The translations under genes were made by a program, and so were the position numbers. Below the pieces are notes generated by a model that saw only the letters and a list, made by a program, of their open reading frames with translations, did no database searches and had not been told where the DNA came from. Shown piece after piece: positions 38,141-46,813 of a DNA stretch of 64,000 nt. The number at the start of each line of letters is the position of its first letter. Positions within the stretch are counted from its first letter, which is position 1. The stretch comes from Candidatus Woesearchaeota archaeon (GTDB taxonomy: Archaea > Nanobdellota > Nanobdellia > SCGC-AAA011-G17 > GW2011-AR20), in assembly GCA_018302465.1 (NCBI GenBank), contig JAGVZQ010000001.1:2235-66234 (forward strand), written 5' to 3'.

Positions 38141-39616
38141 ATGGAACAAGAATCAGAAAAAGAGCAAAATTTTCTTTATGAAAACTCCAATTTCATACTT
38201 GCTTTTATCTTGATATTTGCACTTGTCTTAAGATTGAAATATCTTACTATAAACTCTGCGCTATGGTTTGATGAAGCTGAGTATCTTGCTATGGCTAAAA
38301 ATTGGGCGTTTGGCATACCATTTAATATTCCTGAGGTTAGACCTGTTTTACTTCCATTTTTTGCTTTTATTTTCTACAAGATAGGAGTTAGCCCAGAAAT
38401 GCCATTAAGAATCATAGAGTTAATATTTTCTATAGGGGGCGTATATTTTGCCTATTTGTTGGGAAAAGAGATGTATGAGAAAAGAGTTGGTCTCCTTTTT
38501 GCATTTTTTATGTCTATATTTTATTTAAACCTCCTTTTTACTACCAGAATTTTAACTGATATGCCCACTACGGCGTTATGGACATTGGCAGCTTATTTAT
38601 TCTGGAAATGGAGCAAGAATAAATCCTCCATCTATCTCAATTTAACGGGATTAATTATTGGCTTGGGGATATTAATGAGGTTTCCTTTTGGACTGATACT
38701 AATTGCCTTTCTGATTTATTTGTTGACGGTGTATGGGCTCAAGTTTTTGAAAATTAAAGAAATCTGGACTTTCCTTCTAGTGATATTACTTACTTTAGTT
38801 CCTTACTTTTTATGGTTTTATCTGGCTTTTAATAAATTAGCTATACTCTCTACAGGAGGGTATTATAAATATACTTTTTTATTGTGGGAGTACATTAAGG
38901 TCTATTATACCTATTTCTACAGCCCTGCTTATGTTTTGTTTTTATTGTTTTTAGCAGGCCTCGGGATCTTTCTGTTTAAATTGGTTGTAGGATTTGATTT
39001 AATTAGAAAAAATACAAGTTTGCAAAAAAACTTATTCCTTCTTTTGCTTCTTGTCGTGCCTTTCCTTTATTTTGGAATGGTTAATGAATTAGATCCGAGA
39101 TACTTGTTTTATACTTTTCCGTCTGCTTTTTTGATTATTTCTGTATTGGTGTTATTCCTATACGATTATATAAAAAAACATAACAAAAATATAGCTGTGG
39201 TTGCCATATTACTCCTTTTGTTATTCTCTGCAATATACCAGATTAGGTTCGCTGAGCAAGGAATAAGCACTAAGAAAGATACTTATATCCAGTACAAAAT
39301 TGCAGGCCTTTGGATAAAGGAGAATTCAATTGAGAATGATAAAATTATGTCAGACGGTGCACCTATGCTAACTTATTATTCTGAAAGAGAGGTTATTGGT
39401 TGGGGGGAAGAAGATAATTTTGAAGAAACATTATCTGAGAAGAATCCTAAATATATTATTTTGAGTGTTTTAGAGAAATCTCCTGTATGGGCTTATGACC
39501 TTCCTGTAAATGATTCTATAAGATTTAAATCTGCGGTTGGATTTGATACAAATGGGGAAGAAGTAGAAGGAAAAGACCAAATTCCTGTAATTATTATTTA
39601 TGAAGTTAAATATTAA
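38141..39616 (+). CDS. GT-C fold glycosyltransferase (PMT_2 / ArnT-like), paralog B, tandem to the previous gene
   Basis: LWFDEAEYLAMAKNWAFG (DE motif) and the same architecture. It is clearly homologous to 36560-38116. Confidence 0.7.
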   Translation: MEQESEKEQNFLYENSNFILAFILIFALVLRLKYLTINSALWFDEAEYLAMAKNWAFGIPFNIPEVRPVLLPFFAFIFYKIGVSPEMPLRIIELIFSIGGVYFAYLLGKEMYEKRVGLLFAFFMSIFYLNLLFTTRILTDMPTTALWTLAAYLFWKWSKNKSSIYLNLTGLIIGLGILMRFPFGLILIAFLIYLLTVYGLKFLKIKEIWTFLLVILLTLVPYFLWFYLAFNKLAILSTGGYYKYTFLLWEYIKVYYTYFYSPAYVLFLLFLAGLGIFLFKLVVGFDLIRKNTSLQKNLFLLLLLVVPFLYFGMVNELDPRYLFYTFPSAFLIISVLVLFLYDYIKKHNKNIAVVAILLLLLFSAIYQIRFAEQGISTKKDTYIQYKIAGLWIKENSIENDKIMSDGAPMLTYYSEREVIGWGEEDNFEETLSEKNPKYIILSVLEKSPVWAYDLPVNDSIRFKSAVGFDTNGEEVEGKDQIPVIIIYEVKY

Positions 39617-39643
39617 AAAAGAAAAAATATGAGATTTAACCCA

Positions 39644-41167
39644 TTAAGCTAAATCATCCTCATCTTTAATAAATACAGAGCTAACTTTTTGATTTACAAG
39701 GTTTTTAACAATTTTAGCACTATACATGATTTCTTCAAATGATTTATTCTTAGGAAGAACTGTTTTTATTATAAATCTGGGACTGGTTAATGATTTCATT
39801 TTATGCTTCATAAACTCTGCATAAGCCTGTTGTTGCAATCCTTGCAATTCGTCTCCTGAAAAATAATGAGTTCTGTATTGAGAGGCAGCTAAACTGCTTG
39901 ATTCTTTTATTCCTTCATCTAACAACCCCTCTTCCTGGAATTTTTTATACAAAGGAGTTCCTGCATAAGGCTGTGCAATATAAAATTGCGCAAAATCTAA
40001 ACCAGAATCTTTAGCAAATTCTATTGTATCCCTGATATGCTTCATTGATTCATGCGGAAAGCCAAGTAAAAATGTTGAGCATGTCCAGATTCCAAGTCTA
40101 TGGCAGATTCCAATTATTTTTCTTGCATATTTCAGATTTATTGGCTTATCAATATATTTCAAAGTTTCTTCATTTCCAGATTCAATTCCAAAAATAGCTA
40201 GATAATAACCAGCTTTCTTCATTAAAGTAAGAATTTCTTCATTTAAAGTCCAGATAGCAATCCCATTTGGAGTATACCATTTAATGTCTAATTTTCTTTT
40301 TATAATTTCTTTACAAATTTCTTTAATTCTTTGACCTGAAACTGCTAAGTTATCATCCTGGATCCTGAATTGCCTTACATTATAAGTTTTAACTACATGC
40401 TCTATTTCATCAACAACATTTGTTGGTGATCTAGAACGCCAAACTCTTCCCCATACTGTGAAAATTGAGCAGAAAGAACAATGTTGCGGACAGCCTCTGC
40501 TTGTTATTATATCTGTTGATCTCCCGCGCATAGCCCATAAAGCACTGTCTGGATGGGTGATATAACGCTCCATTGGCAATAGATGGCGAGCGGGAAATGG
40601 TAATGAATCTAAGTCTTTGATGAAAGGTCTAGGTTTATTTTTAATTGGAGAAGTGTTTCCTCTTTCAATTGTGCCATCTATTCCTGTTAATTTTTCTTTA
40701 TTCTCATATTTAGAAATGATTTCATTAAATGTTTCCTCTCCTTCTCCGAAAGCTATTAAATCAACATTTTTATTTTTAAAAACTGAATTAGGCTCTGCTG
40801 AAGAATGTGCGCCACCAAATACAATTAAAGAGTTAGGATTTATTTTTTTTGCTAAATTTGCTATTTCAAAAGCATCCTGTTCGTAAGCAGTATAGCCACA
40901 GTTAATGCCAATGACATCTGCGTTTATTTCCCTCATTCTTTTTTCAATTTCATCATAGCTTAGACCAACATGATATTTATTTGGACCTAATTTTTTGACT
41001 TTTTCATAATAAGCTAAAGAATCTATAATCCTGACAAAGAAACCATTTTTTTCTAAATAAGCTGCAATATAAGCAGGACCTAGAGGGAATTTTACATTTC
41101 TTATACCTGCCCTTAAATCTCCTCTTAGAGGGGGAATAACGAACAGCACTCTTGTCTTTTTATCCAT
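39644..41167 (-). CDS. Cobalamin-binding radical SAM enzyme, class B (paralog 4)
   Basis: TRVLFVIPPL...GPAYIAAYLEKNGFFVRIIDS...VFGGAHSSAEP is a B12-binding domain. TSRGCPQHCSFC is the radical SAM motif. Length is 507 aa. Confidence 0.85.
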   Translation of the reverse strand: MDKKTRVLFVIPPLRGDLRAGIRNVKFPLGPAYIAAYLEKNGFFVRIIDSLAYYEKVKKLGPNKYHVGLSYDEIEKRMREINADVIGINCGYTAYEQDAFEIANLAKKINPNSLIVFGGAHSSAEPNSVFKNKNVDLIAFGEGEETFNEIISKYENKEKLTGIDGTIERGNTSPIKNKPRPFIKDLDSLPFPARHLLPMERYITHPDSALWAMRGRSTDIITSRGCPQHCSFCSIFTVWGRVWRSRSPTNVVDEIEHVVKTYNVRQFRIQDDNLAVSGQRIKEICKEIIKRKLDIKWYTPNGIAIWTLNEEILTLMKKAGYYLAIFGIESGNEETLKYIDKPINLKYARKIIGICHRLGIWTCSTFLLGFPHESMKHIRDTIEFAKDSGLDFAQFYIAQPYAGTPLYKKFQEEGLLDEGIKESSSLAASQYRTHYFSGDELQGLQQQAYAEFMKHKMKSLTSPRFIIKTVLPKNKSFEEIMYSAKIVKNLVNQKVSSVFIKDEDDLA

Positions 41168-41188
41168 TTTATTGTACTAAACTAATTC

Positions 41189-42160
41189 CTATATAAGTTT
41201 TCTGAATCTGTTTAAAACCCATACTTTTCCGTAAATTAAAGTTATTAGGAAAACAGCTGGAGCATGCAGTATCCAGGCTTTTTCTTTTGTTTTAAAATAA
41301 TTTTTAATTGAGACAATTAAGTTAGGAAGAATTGTTAATGAGCTTATTAAGAATGAAATAAATATAATGTATTCATTAAATGTTCTTGGCTCCCAGAAGT
41401 ATTTTCTGTTTTCTATATTTTCAGTTCTTTGATGGGTTGCCCAGTAGTTTCTTTTTTTTAAGAAGTTAAAGAAAGAATCAATTGCTAAATGGTGAGTATA
41501 CGCATTTTTAGGTATAGCTAATTTAAGATTTTTTTCTGCAAAGGAATAAATCATTTCTACATCCTGGGTATAGCCATTAATTTCATCTAAATATTTTTTC
41601 TTTACTATAAAACAATTACCGCCGGTGCATAAGCAGTTTTCAGTTTGCAAAATATAAGTAAAATAATCTCCTTCATCTATTAACTTAATTTTATTTAATG
41701 CCATTCTACCCTCTATTGAACGGTAAATAGCAAAAGGATCTGTTCCAACTAAACTAAGATACCTATTCGTTATATTGTCTTCTTTTTTTACTAATAATTT
41801 ACAGGCACAACCAATAACTTCTTTGGCGCTTAATGGCTTAATCATCTCTTTTAACCATTTCTTGCCTTGTAATTCATTATCCTGGTCTACAAAAGCTATT
41901 AATTCATTTTTGGCTTTCTGAACTGCCTGATCCTTTCCCATGCCTTTTCCTTCAGGGAATCTTTTTTTATTATTTAGTAATTTAACAGGATATTTTTTTA
42001 ATAATTCTAATGTTCCATCTGTAGATCCACCATCTATTGTTATGACTTCAATCTTATCTTTTGGATAATCCTGAGAAAAAATACTATCTAGACAGCGTTT
42101 TACTAATTCTTTGTTATTGTAAGTCGGTATTACAAAGCTTACTGATGGTAAATTTTTCAT
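41189..42160 (-). CDS. GT2 glycosyltransferase with C-terminal TM region
   Basis: VSFVIPTYNNKELVKRCLDSIFSQDYPKDKIEVITIDGGSTDGT, VDQDN (DxD-like). Confidence 0.8.
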   Translation of the reverse strand: MKNLPSVSFVIPTYNNKELVKRCLDSIFSQDYPKDKIEVITIDGGSTDGTLELLKKYPVKLLNNKKRFPEGKGMGKDQAVQKAKNELIAFVDQDNELQGKKWLKEMIKPLSAKEVIGCACKLLVKKEDNITNRYLSLVGTDPFAIYRSIEGRMALNKIKLIDEGDYFTYILQTENCLCTGGNCFIVKKKYLDEINGYTQDVEMIYSFAEKNLKLAIPKNAYTHHLAIDSFFNFLKKRNYWATHQRTENIENRKYFWEPRTFNEYIIFISFLISSLTILPNLIVSIKNYFKTKEKAWILHAPAVFLITLIYGKVWVLNRFRKLI

Positions 42161-42354
42161 GATTTTATAAAGAAAAGAAGGGTTTTAAAATTAGCGTTGC
42201 AGAGGTTTTAGCTTTTGTGCAGTCCTCTCCCTTAAAACAATTCTAATTGAATGGCATAACATCCATACTCTTTTATGTTAAGACTAAGTTCTCTTTTAAT
42301 ACTATCTCATTGTAAATGTTGTTGTATGATTTCATAGCAGGAGTCCTGACCTTC

Positions 42355-42443
42355 TGGGCTATTCGACCATTCTCGTTAGAGTTGTCCAAGTTGTTCCTGT
42401 TGGAGTTGAGGCCAAGATTCCTGTTAAGGTAAACCCCCGAGAT
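42355..42443 (-). repeat. Decayed, out-of-frame duplicate of the 3'-terminal coding segment of gene 42550-43299
   Basis: The minus-strand translation ISGVYLNRNLGLNSNRNNLDNSNENGRI aligns with the parent C-terminus ISGVYLDWDLGLYSYGYDLGNSLEDGRV. About 75% nt identity to 42553-42650. No start codon; in-frame TGA upstream. Confidence 0.45.
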
Positions 42444-42549
42444 TTGTAGCCTGTTAATTAAAAGTAAATCACCACTGCTTCATTTTTCATTTCTTACTAA
42501 ATGTTGCAGTTGAATTTTATGGCTTTATTTTTAAAGCACTATCAAGTGG

Positions 42550-43299
42550 CTACGCCACAACAACTACCCGACCATCCTCGAGAGAGTTGCCCAAGTCGTA
42601 CCCGTAGGAGTAGAGGCCAAGATCCCAGTCAAGGTAAACCCCCGAGATTCCTAAGTTATCTAAAGATGGTTCTTGTTGTCTTGTTGTGCATAACCTTCTT
42701 GATCCTTCTTCTGATTTACAGGGCAATCCGTCTTCTAATGAAACATTTTCATTTGAGAAATTTCCATCTTGTCCTGCTAGGATTGATGCATGCCTTACTG
42801 TTGTATCTTCAGTTACTTCAAAATTAAGTTTGTATTGCCCTTCATCAAAATTTTTAAGCCCATATCCTACAAGCATGCATGGAACTCTGTCTAAAGTTCT
42901 TTCATCTGAAGGAAGCTGATTAAATAAGTCTACAGCCATTTCGTGGTTTTTTCCAGAGAAATCGAGGGCTATTCCTAAGTCAACATAGAATCTATCTCTT
43001 ATTCCTAATATGTCCCCATCATTTAAAGTTCTTTGAATTTCCTCAGGTCTTATTATTCTTTTTTCAGGTGCTACTAAAGACTGAGCAACTGGCAAAATTA
43101 GGGGGCTTGAGCCTGTAACTGTTGGAATATCATTTATAACTCTTAATTCAAGCCTTTTTAGACATTTATTTCCGTTATATCGATCATCAATTACTTGATT
43201 AAAATCTCTTAAAAATTGTTGTGCACCCTGCCCATGAAGCAAGTAAAGAATAATAGGTGGTTGTTTTATTCCAGGTTTAAATGCATATTCTGGTGCCAT
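42550..43299 (-). CDS. Hypothetical protein (249 aa), compositionally atypical, possible alpha/beta-hydrolase-like N-terminus
   Basis: PPIILYLLHGQGAQQF resembles the esterase LHGxG motif. The C-terminal Tyr/Asp/Gly-rich tail is YLDWDLGLYSYGYDLGNS. GC content is markedly above the window average. Confidence 0.4.
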   Translation of the reverse strand: MAPEYAFKPGIKQPPIILYLLHGQGAQQFLRDFNQVIDDRYNGNKCLKRLELRVINDIPTVTGSSPLILPVAQSLVAPEKRIIRPEEIQRTLNDGDILGIRDRFYVDLGIALDFSGKNHEMAVDLFNQLPSDERTLDRVPCMLVGYGLKNFDEGQYKLNFEVTEDTTVRHASILAGQDGNFSNENVSLEDGLPCKSEEGSRRLCTTRQQEPSLDNLGISGVYLDWDLGLYSYGYDLGNSLEDGRVVVVA

Positions 43300-43382
43300 T
43301 TTTATCTATTTAAAGGGATTATAACATTAGTTTATAAATCTTTCTGTTTGTTATTATTTTTTAGGGGTAAAATTAAAGAATT

Positions 43383-44513
43383 TCAATTCTTTCTATGGGT
43401 TATTCTCTGGACTACTGGGATTTTATTGACGAATTTGTACTTGTCAAATATCTCAGATTCATTAACTCCACAGGATGAACATATGCCTACTCTTTTCTTG
43501 ATTAATTGCCTTCTGAAAGCTCTTGCTTTTTCATTATTCCATATTTTCATGAACGGCTCTTCAAATACATTGCCAAAAACTATCTCATTTTCAGCATAAA
43601 AATCACAAGGACAGACATTGCCATCCCATGTGATGTAGGGAGTATACCATGGCAGAAAACAAGGAGCTGTTTTGTTATGGCCTTTATTTACACTTTCTCC
43701 CTCTATTTTATCAAATTTATATAAGAAATTGATTAAGTTTGCAATTCGCACGTCTGTTTTCACATTCCTTAGAACTTCTTTTAATTCTTCTCTTACTTTT
43801 ATTATATCTTCTGCTTTGCTTTTATTTAAACCTAAGTCTGTATTTTCATTCATTCCTAATCTAATAACGAAAGTACCGTTTATTGAATCAACTCCAATTT
43901 TATCTGCCCATTTTATGTATTCTGGCAATTGCATTAAGTTTTCCTGCTGGACAACCATGAAAGTATGAATGTTTGTTACAGTATTCCCAACTTCTTTTTT
44001 TAATTTAACAAAGTTTTCTGTGTTTTCTATTACTTTTTCAAAATTAGCACCAACTCTTATTTTTTCATAGGTGTCTTTTTTCATGCCGTCAATTGAAATT
44101 GATAAAATATTTGGAGAAGATTCAAGCATTTTAAGGCCATTATTTCTATTTAGTAATGTAGCATTAGTATCTAACTTTACAAATGTATTTTTTGATCTTG
44201 CATGCGCAATTATTTTATAAATATCTTTATTCAAGAAAGGCTCTCCAATTCCTGTTAGATTTAAGTAACAAGGATAGATCTGGTCAAAAATATGCCTGTA
44301 ATTTTCATAAGAGATTGAACCAATAGGCCTTTTCAAACCAACACCATGGGGGCACATGTTGCATTTTAAGTTGCAAACAGTTGTATTTTCCAGTTTTAAC
44401 TTGAAAGGTGTTGGGGCTTTTGGAGTAGAGCGCATAGCATACCATGCATTTTCCAATACTTTCCTTGGATACCTCCAAGAGATACTATGTCTTAGAATGT
44501 GTGTGTATAACAT
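43383..44513 (-). CDS. Radical SAM enzyme with C-terminal SPASM domain
   Basis: CNLKCNMC (Cx3Cx2C) near the N-terminus. C-terminal Cys-rich auxiliary-cluster region (CFLPWYTPYITWDGNVCPCDF ... GICSSCGV). Length is 376 aa. Confidence 0.8.
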   Translation of the reverse strand: MLYTHILRHSISWRYPRKVLENAWYAMRSTPKAPTPFKLKLENTTVCNLKCNMCPHGVGLKRPIGSISYENYRHIFDQIYPCYLNLTGIGEPFLNKDIYKIIAHARSKNTFVKLDTNATLLNRNNGLKMLESSPNILSISIDGMKKDTYEKIRVGANFEKVIENTENFVKLKKEVGNTVTNIHTFMVVQQENLMQLPEYIKWADKIGVDSINGTFVIRLGMNENTDLGLNKSKAEDIIKVREELKEVLRNVKTDVRIANLINFLYKFDKIEGESVNKGHNKTAPCFLPWYTPYITWDGNVCPCDFYAENEIVFGNVFEEPFMKIWNNEKARAFRRQLIKKRVGICSSCGVNESEIFDKYKFVNKIPVVQRITHRKN

Positions 44514-45367
44514 TATTTATTTAATCCCTCTTTAAAGCTTATAGGACTATAATTTAAATCTCTTTCTGCGGAAGCTATAGTTCCTTTGTACTTTGATTCT
44601 AAGCTCAATACAAATGATTTCTTCAAAGGAAAACTTGGCCCTAGAATACTTCCTACTGAACTTATTACTAGACAAATTGGAATAGGTATATGAATTTTTC
44701 TCTTTTGGATATTATATTTTTCACTTATAACATTTATGAATTCATTAAATGATATTTCATTTCTCCCTAGGATATCATAAGTTTTTTTTATTGATTTTCT
44801 TGAATTAATACATGAAATAATGGCTTTTACAACATCATCCACATGAACAGGATTTAGAGTATATTCACCGTTTCCAACAATTGGGATGAACTTAAAGGAG
44901 TTAATGAAACTGATCATCTTTTTCATGCTGTTGCTGTTTTTTCCATAAATAAAAGAAGGCCTTAATATTGTGTAATCTAAACCTGAGTTTTTTATTAAAT
45001 CCTCAGCTTCTTTTTTGCTTTTTCCGTAATCATCTAGATAATCTTTTGTAGAAGCCATTGAACTGACAAAGATTATTCTTTTTACTTTATTTTTTTTACA
45101 TGAATCAATTAAATTTTTGGTTCCCTGCACATTTACTTTGTAATAATCTTTTTTGTTTTTTGAGTCTATGACTGCTGCTAAATGTATGAGAACTTTTGTT
45201 TTCTTTAAGAGTTTATTTACTGAAACTGTATCATTAATATCTCCAACAACCGGATCTATTTTACTATTGTCTATATATTTCCTGACTAAACACTTAACCT
45301 TTTTATCTTTCAATTTAGGTATTAAATTACTCCCAAGAAATCCTGTTGCTCCTGTTATTGCAATCAT
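44513..45367 (-). CDS. NAD(P)-dependent epimerase/dehydratase family (SDR) protein
   Basis: MIAITGATGFLGSNL (GxxGxxG), YGKSKKEAE (YxxxK). Length is 284 aa. Confidence 0.75.
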   Translation of the reverse strand: MIAITGATGFLGSNLIPKLKDKKVKCLVRKYIDNSKIDPVVGDINDTVSVNKLLKKTKVLIHLAAVIDSKNKKDYYKVNVQGTKNLIDSCKKNKVKRIIFVSSMASTKDYLDDYGKSKKEAEDLIKNSGLDYTILRPSFIYGKNSNSMKKMISFINSFKFIPIVGNGEYTLNPVHVDDVVKAIISCINSRKSIKKTYDILGRNEISFNEFINVISEKYNIQKRKIHIPIPICLVISSVGSILGPSFPLKKSFVLSLESKYKGTIASAERDLNYSPISFKEGLNK

Positions 45368-46779
45368 TTTGCAGATACTGTCAGCATTTCCTTTATCTTA
45401 AATGTGAATTTATTATTTTTAAATAAGTCAAAGAACTGATGATACATCTGCTTCCTTAAGAAAAACTTCTGCTGGTTTATGAAATATTTTGTCTGCTCAT
45501 AAGCATTTGATTTATAGAATTCCCTCCATAACAAAGCAGATGAAACTTTAGAAATATTTGCATGGTGGCCAAGAACTCCAAAAGTCACATAATCTTTTAA
45601 TGATGAAGGCAACTTGGTTTTACTCTTACTTACTGATAAATTAAAATAGGGCGTTCCAGGAAAAGGTCTGTAGATTTGCAACAAGTTTTGATCAGACGGA
45701 ACTTCTTTCATGAACTTCTTTGTCATTTGGATTTCCTGCGAGGTTTCATCTGGATGACCCATCATATAAGTGATAGTCACCATTATTCCATTTTCCCTTA
45801 ATCTCTTGGTTATTTTTTTTGCTTTTTCCAATTCTATTTTCTTTCCAAGCATTTTCTGGATTCTTGGACTGCCAGATTCACATCCCAGCATTATTCCTTC
45901 ACAACCTGCTCCTGCAATTAAGTCTGCCATTCTCTCTGTCATGCAGTCAAATCTGCTTACAGTATGCCATCCTATGTTCCTTCCAGACTCTTTCATCTCT
46001 TTAACAAATTGTTCAGTAAAGGCTTCATTAGTTAGATGCATATCTCCCCCTATATCCATTCTTGAGACATGTTTTTTTGTTAAGCTTTTTACATAATCAA
46101 ATTGTTCTATTAACCTCTTTGCGCTCATGTTCCTAAATTTTCCACCATACTGCTTTACATCATTATTTGCGTGATGACAAAAACCACATCTGTATGGGCA
46201 ACCACGATTTGCTTCCATCAGAACAAAATTATGCTTTGAATATGGAAAATATTTGTCTATGTCTTTTATTAATTCCCAGGCAGGCATTGGCTTTGTTTCA
46301 ATATCTACAAACTTATCTTGGGGCGGTGTTATTTTTATTTCACTTTTAATTTTTATCCCCATTCCTTTTGGCTCTTTCTTGCTGCCATTTAAGTAAGCTA
46401 AATATTCTTCCAGAGAATATTCGCCTTCTCCCATTATTACTGCATCAATGGTTGGATGGTTTAAAGTTAAATGCGGTAAAATTGTTGCGTGAGGTCCTCC
46501 CCAAACAACATTCTTCCCCATAGATTTAGCAATATCACTTATCATCATTGCTCTTGTTAAACCTGGGCCGGTTAGAACTCCTAAAGCAACCATGTCTGGA
46601 TTGTGTAAAGAAATGTCTTTTTTTATCTGCTCTTTTGAAACTTTTAATCCAGAATAGTCAATTACTCCTACTTCGTATCCTTTTTCCCTTAAATAAGCTG
46701 CAACGCTTAGGATTCCTAGAGGAGGATAAGCTCCAAATTCTGTTGCAGGCGCTATAAATAGAACTTTTTTGTAAACCAT
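45364..46779 (-). CDS. Cobalamin-binding radical SAM enzyme, class B (paralog 5)
   Basis: KKVLFIAPATEF...GILSVAAYLREKGYEVGVIDY...VWGGPHATILP is a B12-binding domain. ANRGCPYRCGFC is the radical SAM motif. Length is 471 aa. Confidence 0.85.
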   Translation of the reverse strand: MVYKKVLFIAPATEFGAYPPLGILSVAAYLREKGYEVGVIDYSGLKVSKEQIKKDISLHNPDMVALGVLTGPGLTRAMMISDIAKSMGKNVVWGGPHATILPHLTLNHPTIDAVIMGEGEYSLEEYLAYLNGSKKEPKGMGIKIKSEIKITPPQDKFVDIETKPMPAWELIKDIDKYFPYSKHNFVLMEANRGCPYRCGFCHHANNDVKQYGGKFRNMSAKRLIEQFDYVKSLTKKHVSRMDIGGDMHLTNEAFTEQFVKEMKESGRNIGWHTVSRFDCMTERMADLIAGAGCEGIMLGCESGSPRIQKMLGKKIELEKAKKITKRLRENGIMVTITYMMGHPDETSQEIQMTKKFMKEVPSDQNLLQIYRPFPGTPYFNLSVSKSKTKLPSSLKDYVTFGVLGHHANISKVSSALLWREFYKSNAYEQTKYFINQQKFFLRKQMYHQFFDLFKNNKFTFKIKEMLTVSAK

Positions 46780-46813
46780 ATTTGCTTAAATGGTATAATC
46801 TTTAAAAATTGTT

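Noticed and set aside
42161-42549. Possible structured ncRNA or tRNA in the relatively GC-rich non-coding stretch downstream of gene 42550-43299
   Set aside because: No cloverleaf (acceptor, D, anticodon or T-arm complementarity) could be drawn by eye. The elevated GC is explained by the decayed duplicate of the neighbouring gene's 3' end.
43383-44513. Radical SAM-SPASM protein as an anaerobic sulfatase-maturating enzyme
   Set aside because: Size and architecture fit anSME, but no sulfatase (C/S-x-P-x-R substrate motif) is encoded nearby and the gene is translationally coupled to glycan genes. I therefore left it as a generic rSAM-SPASM.
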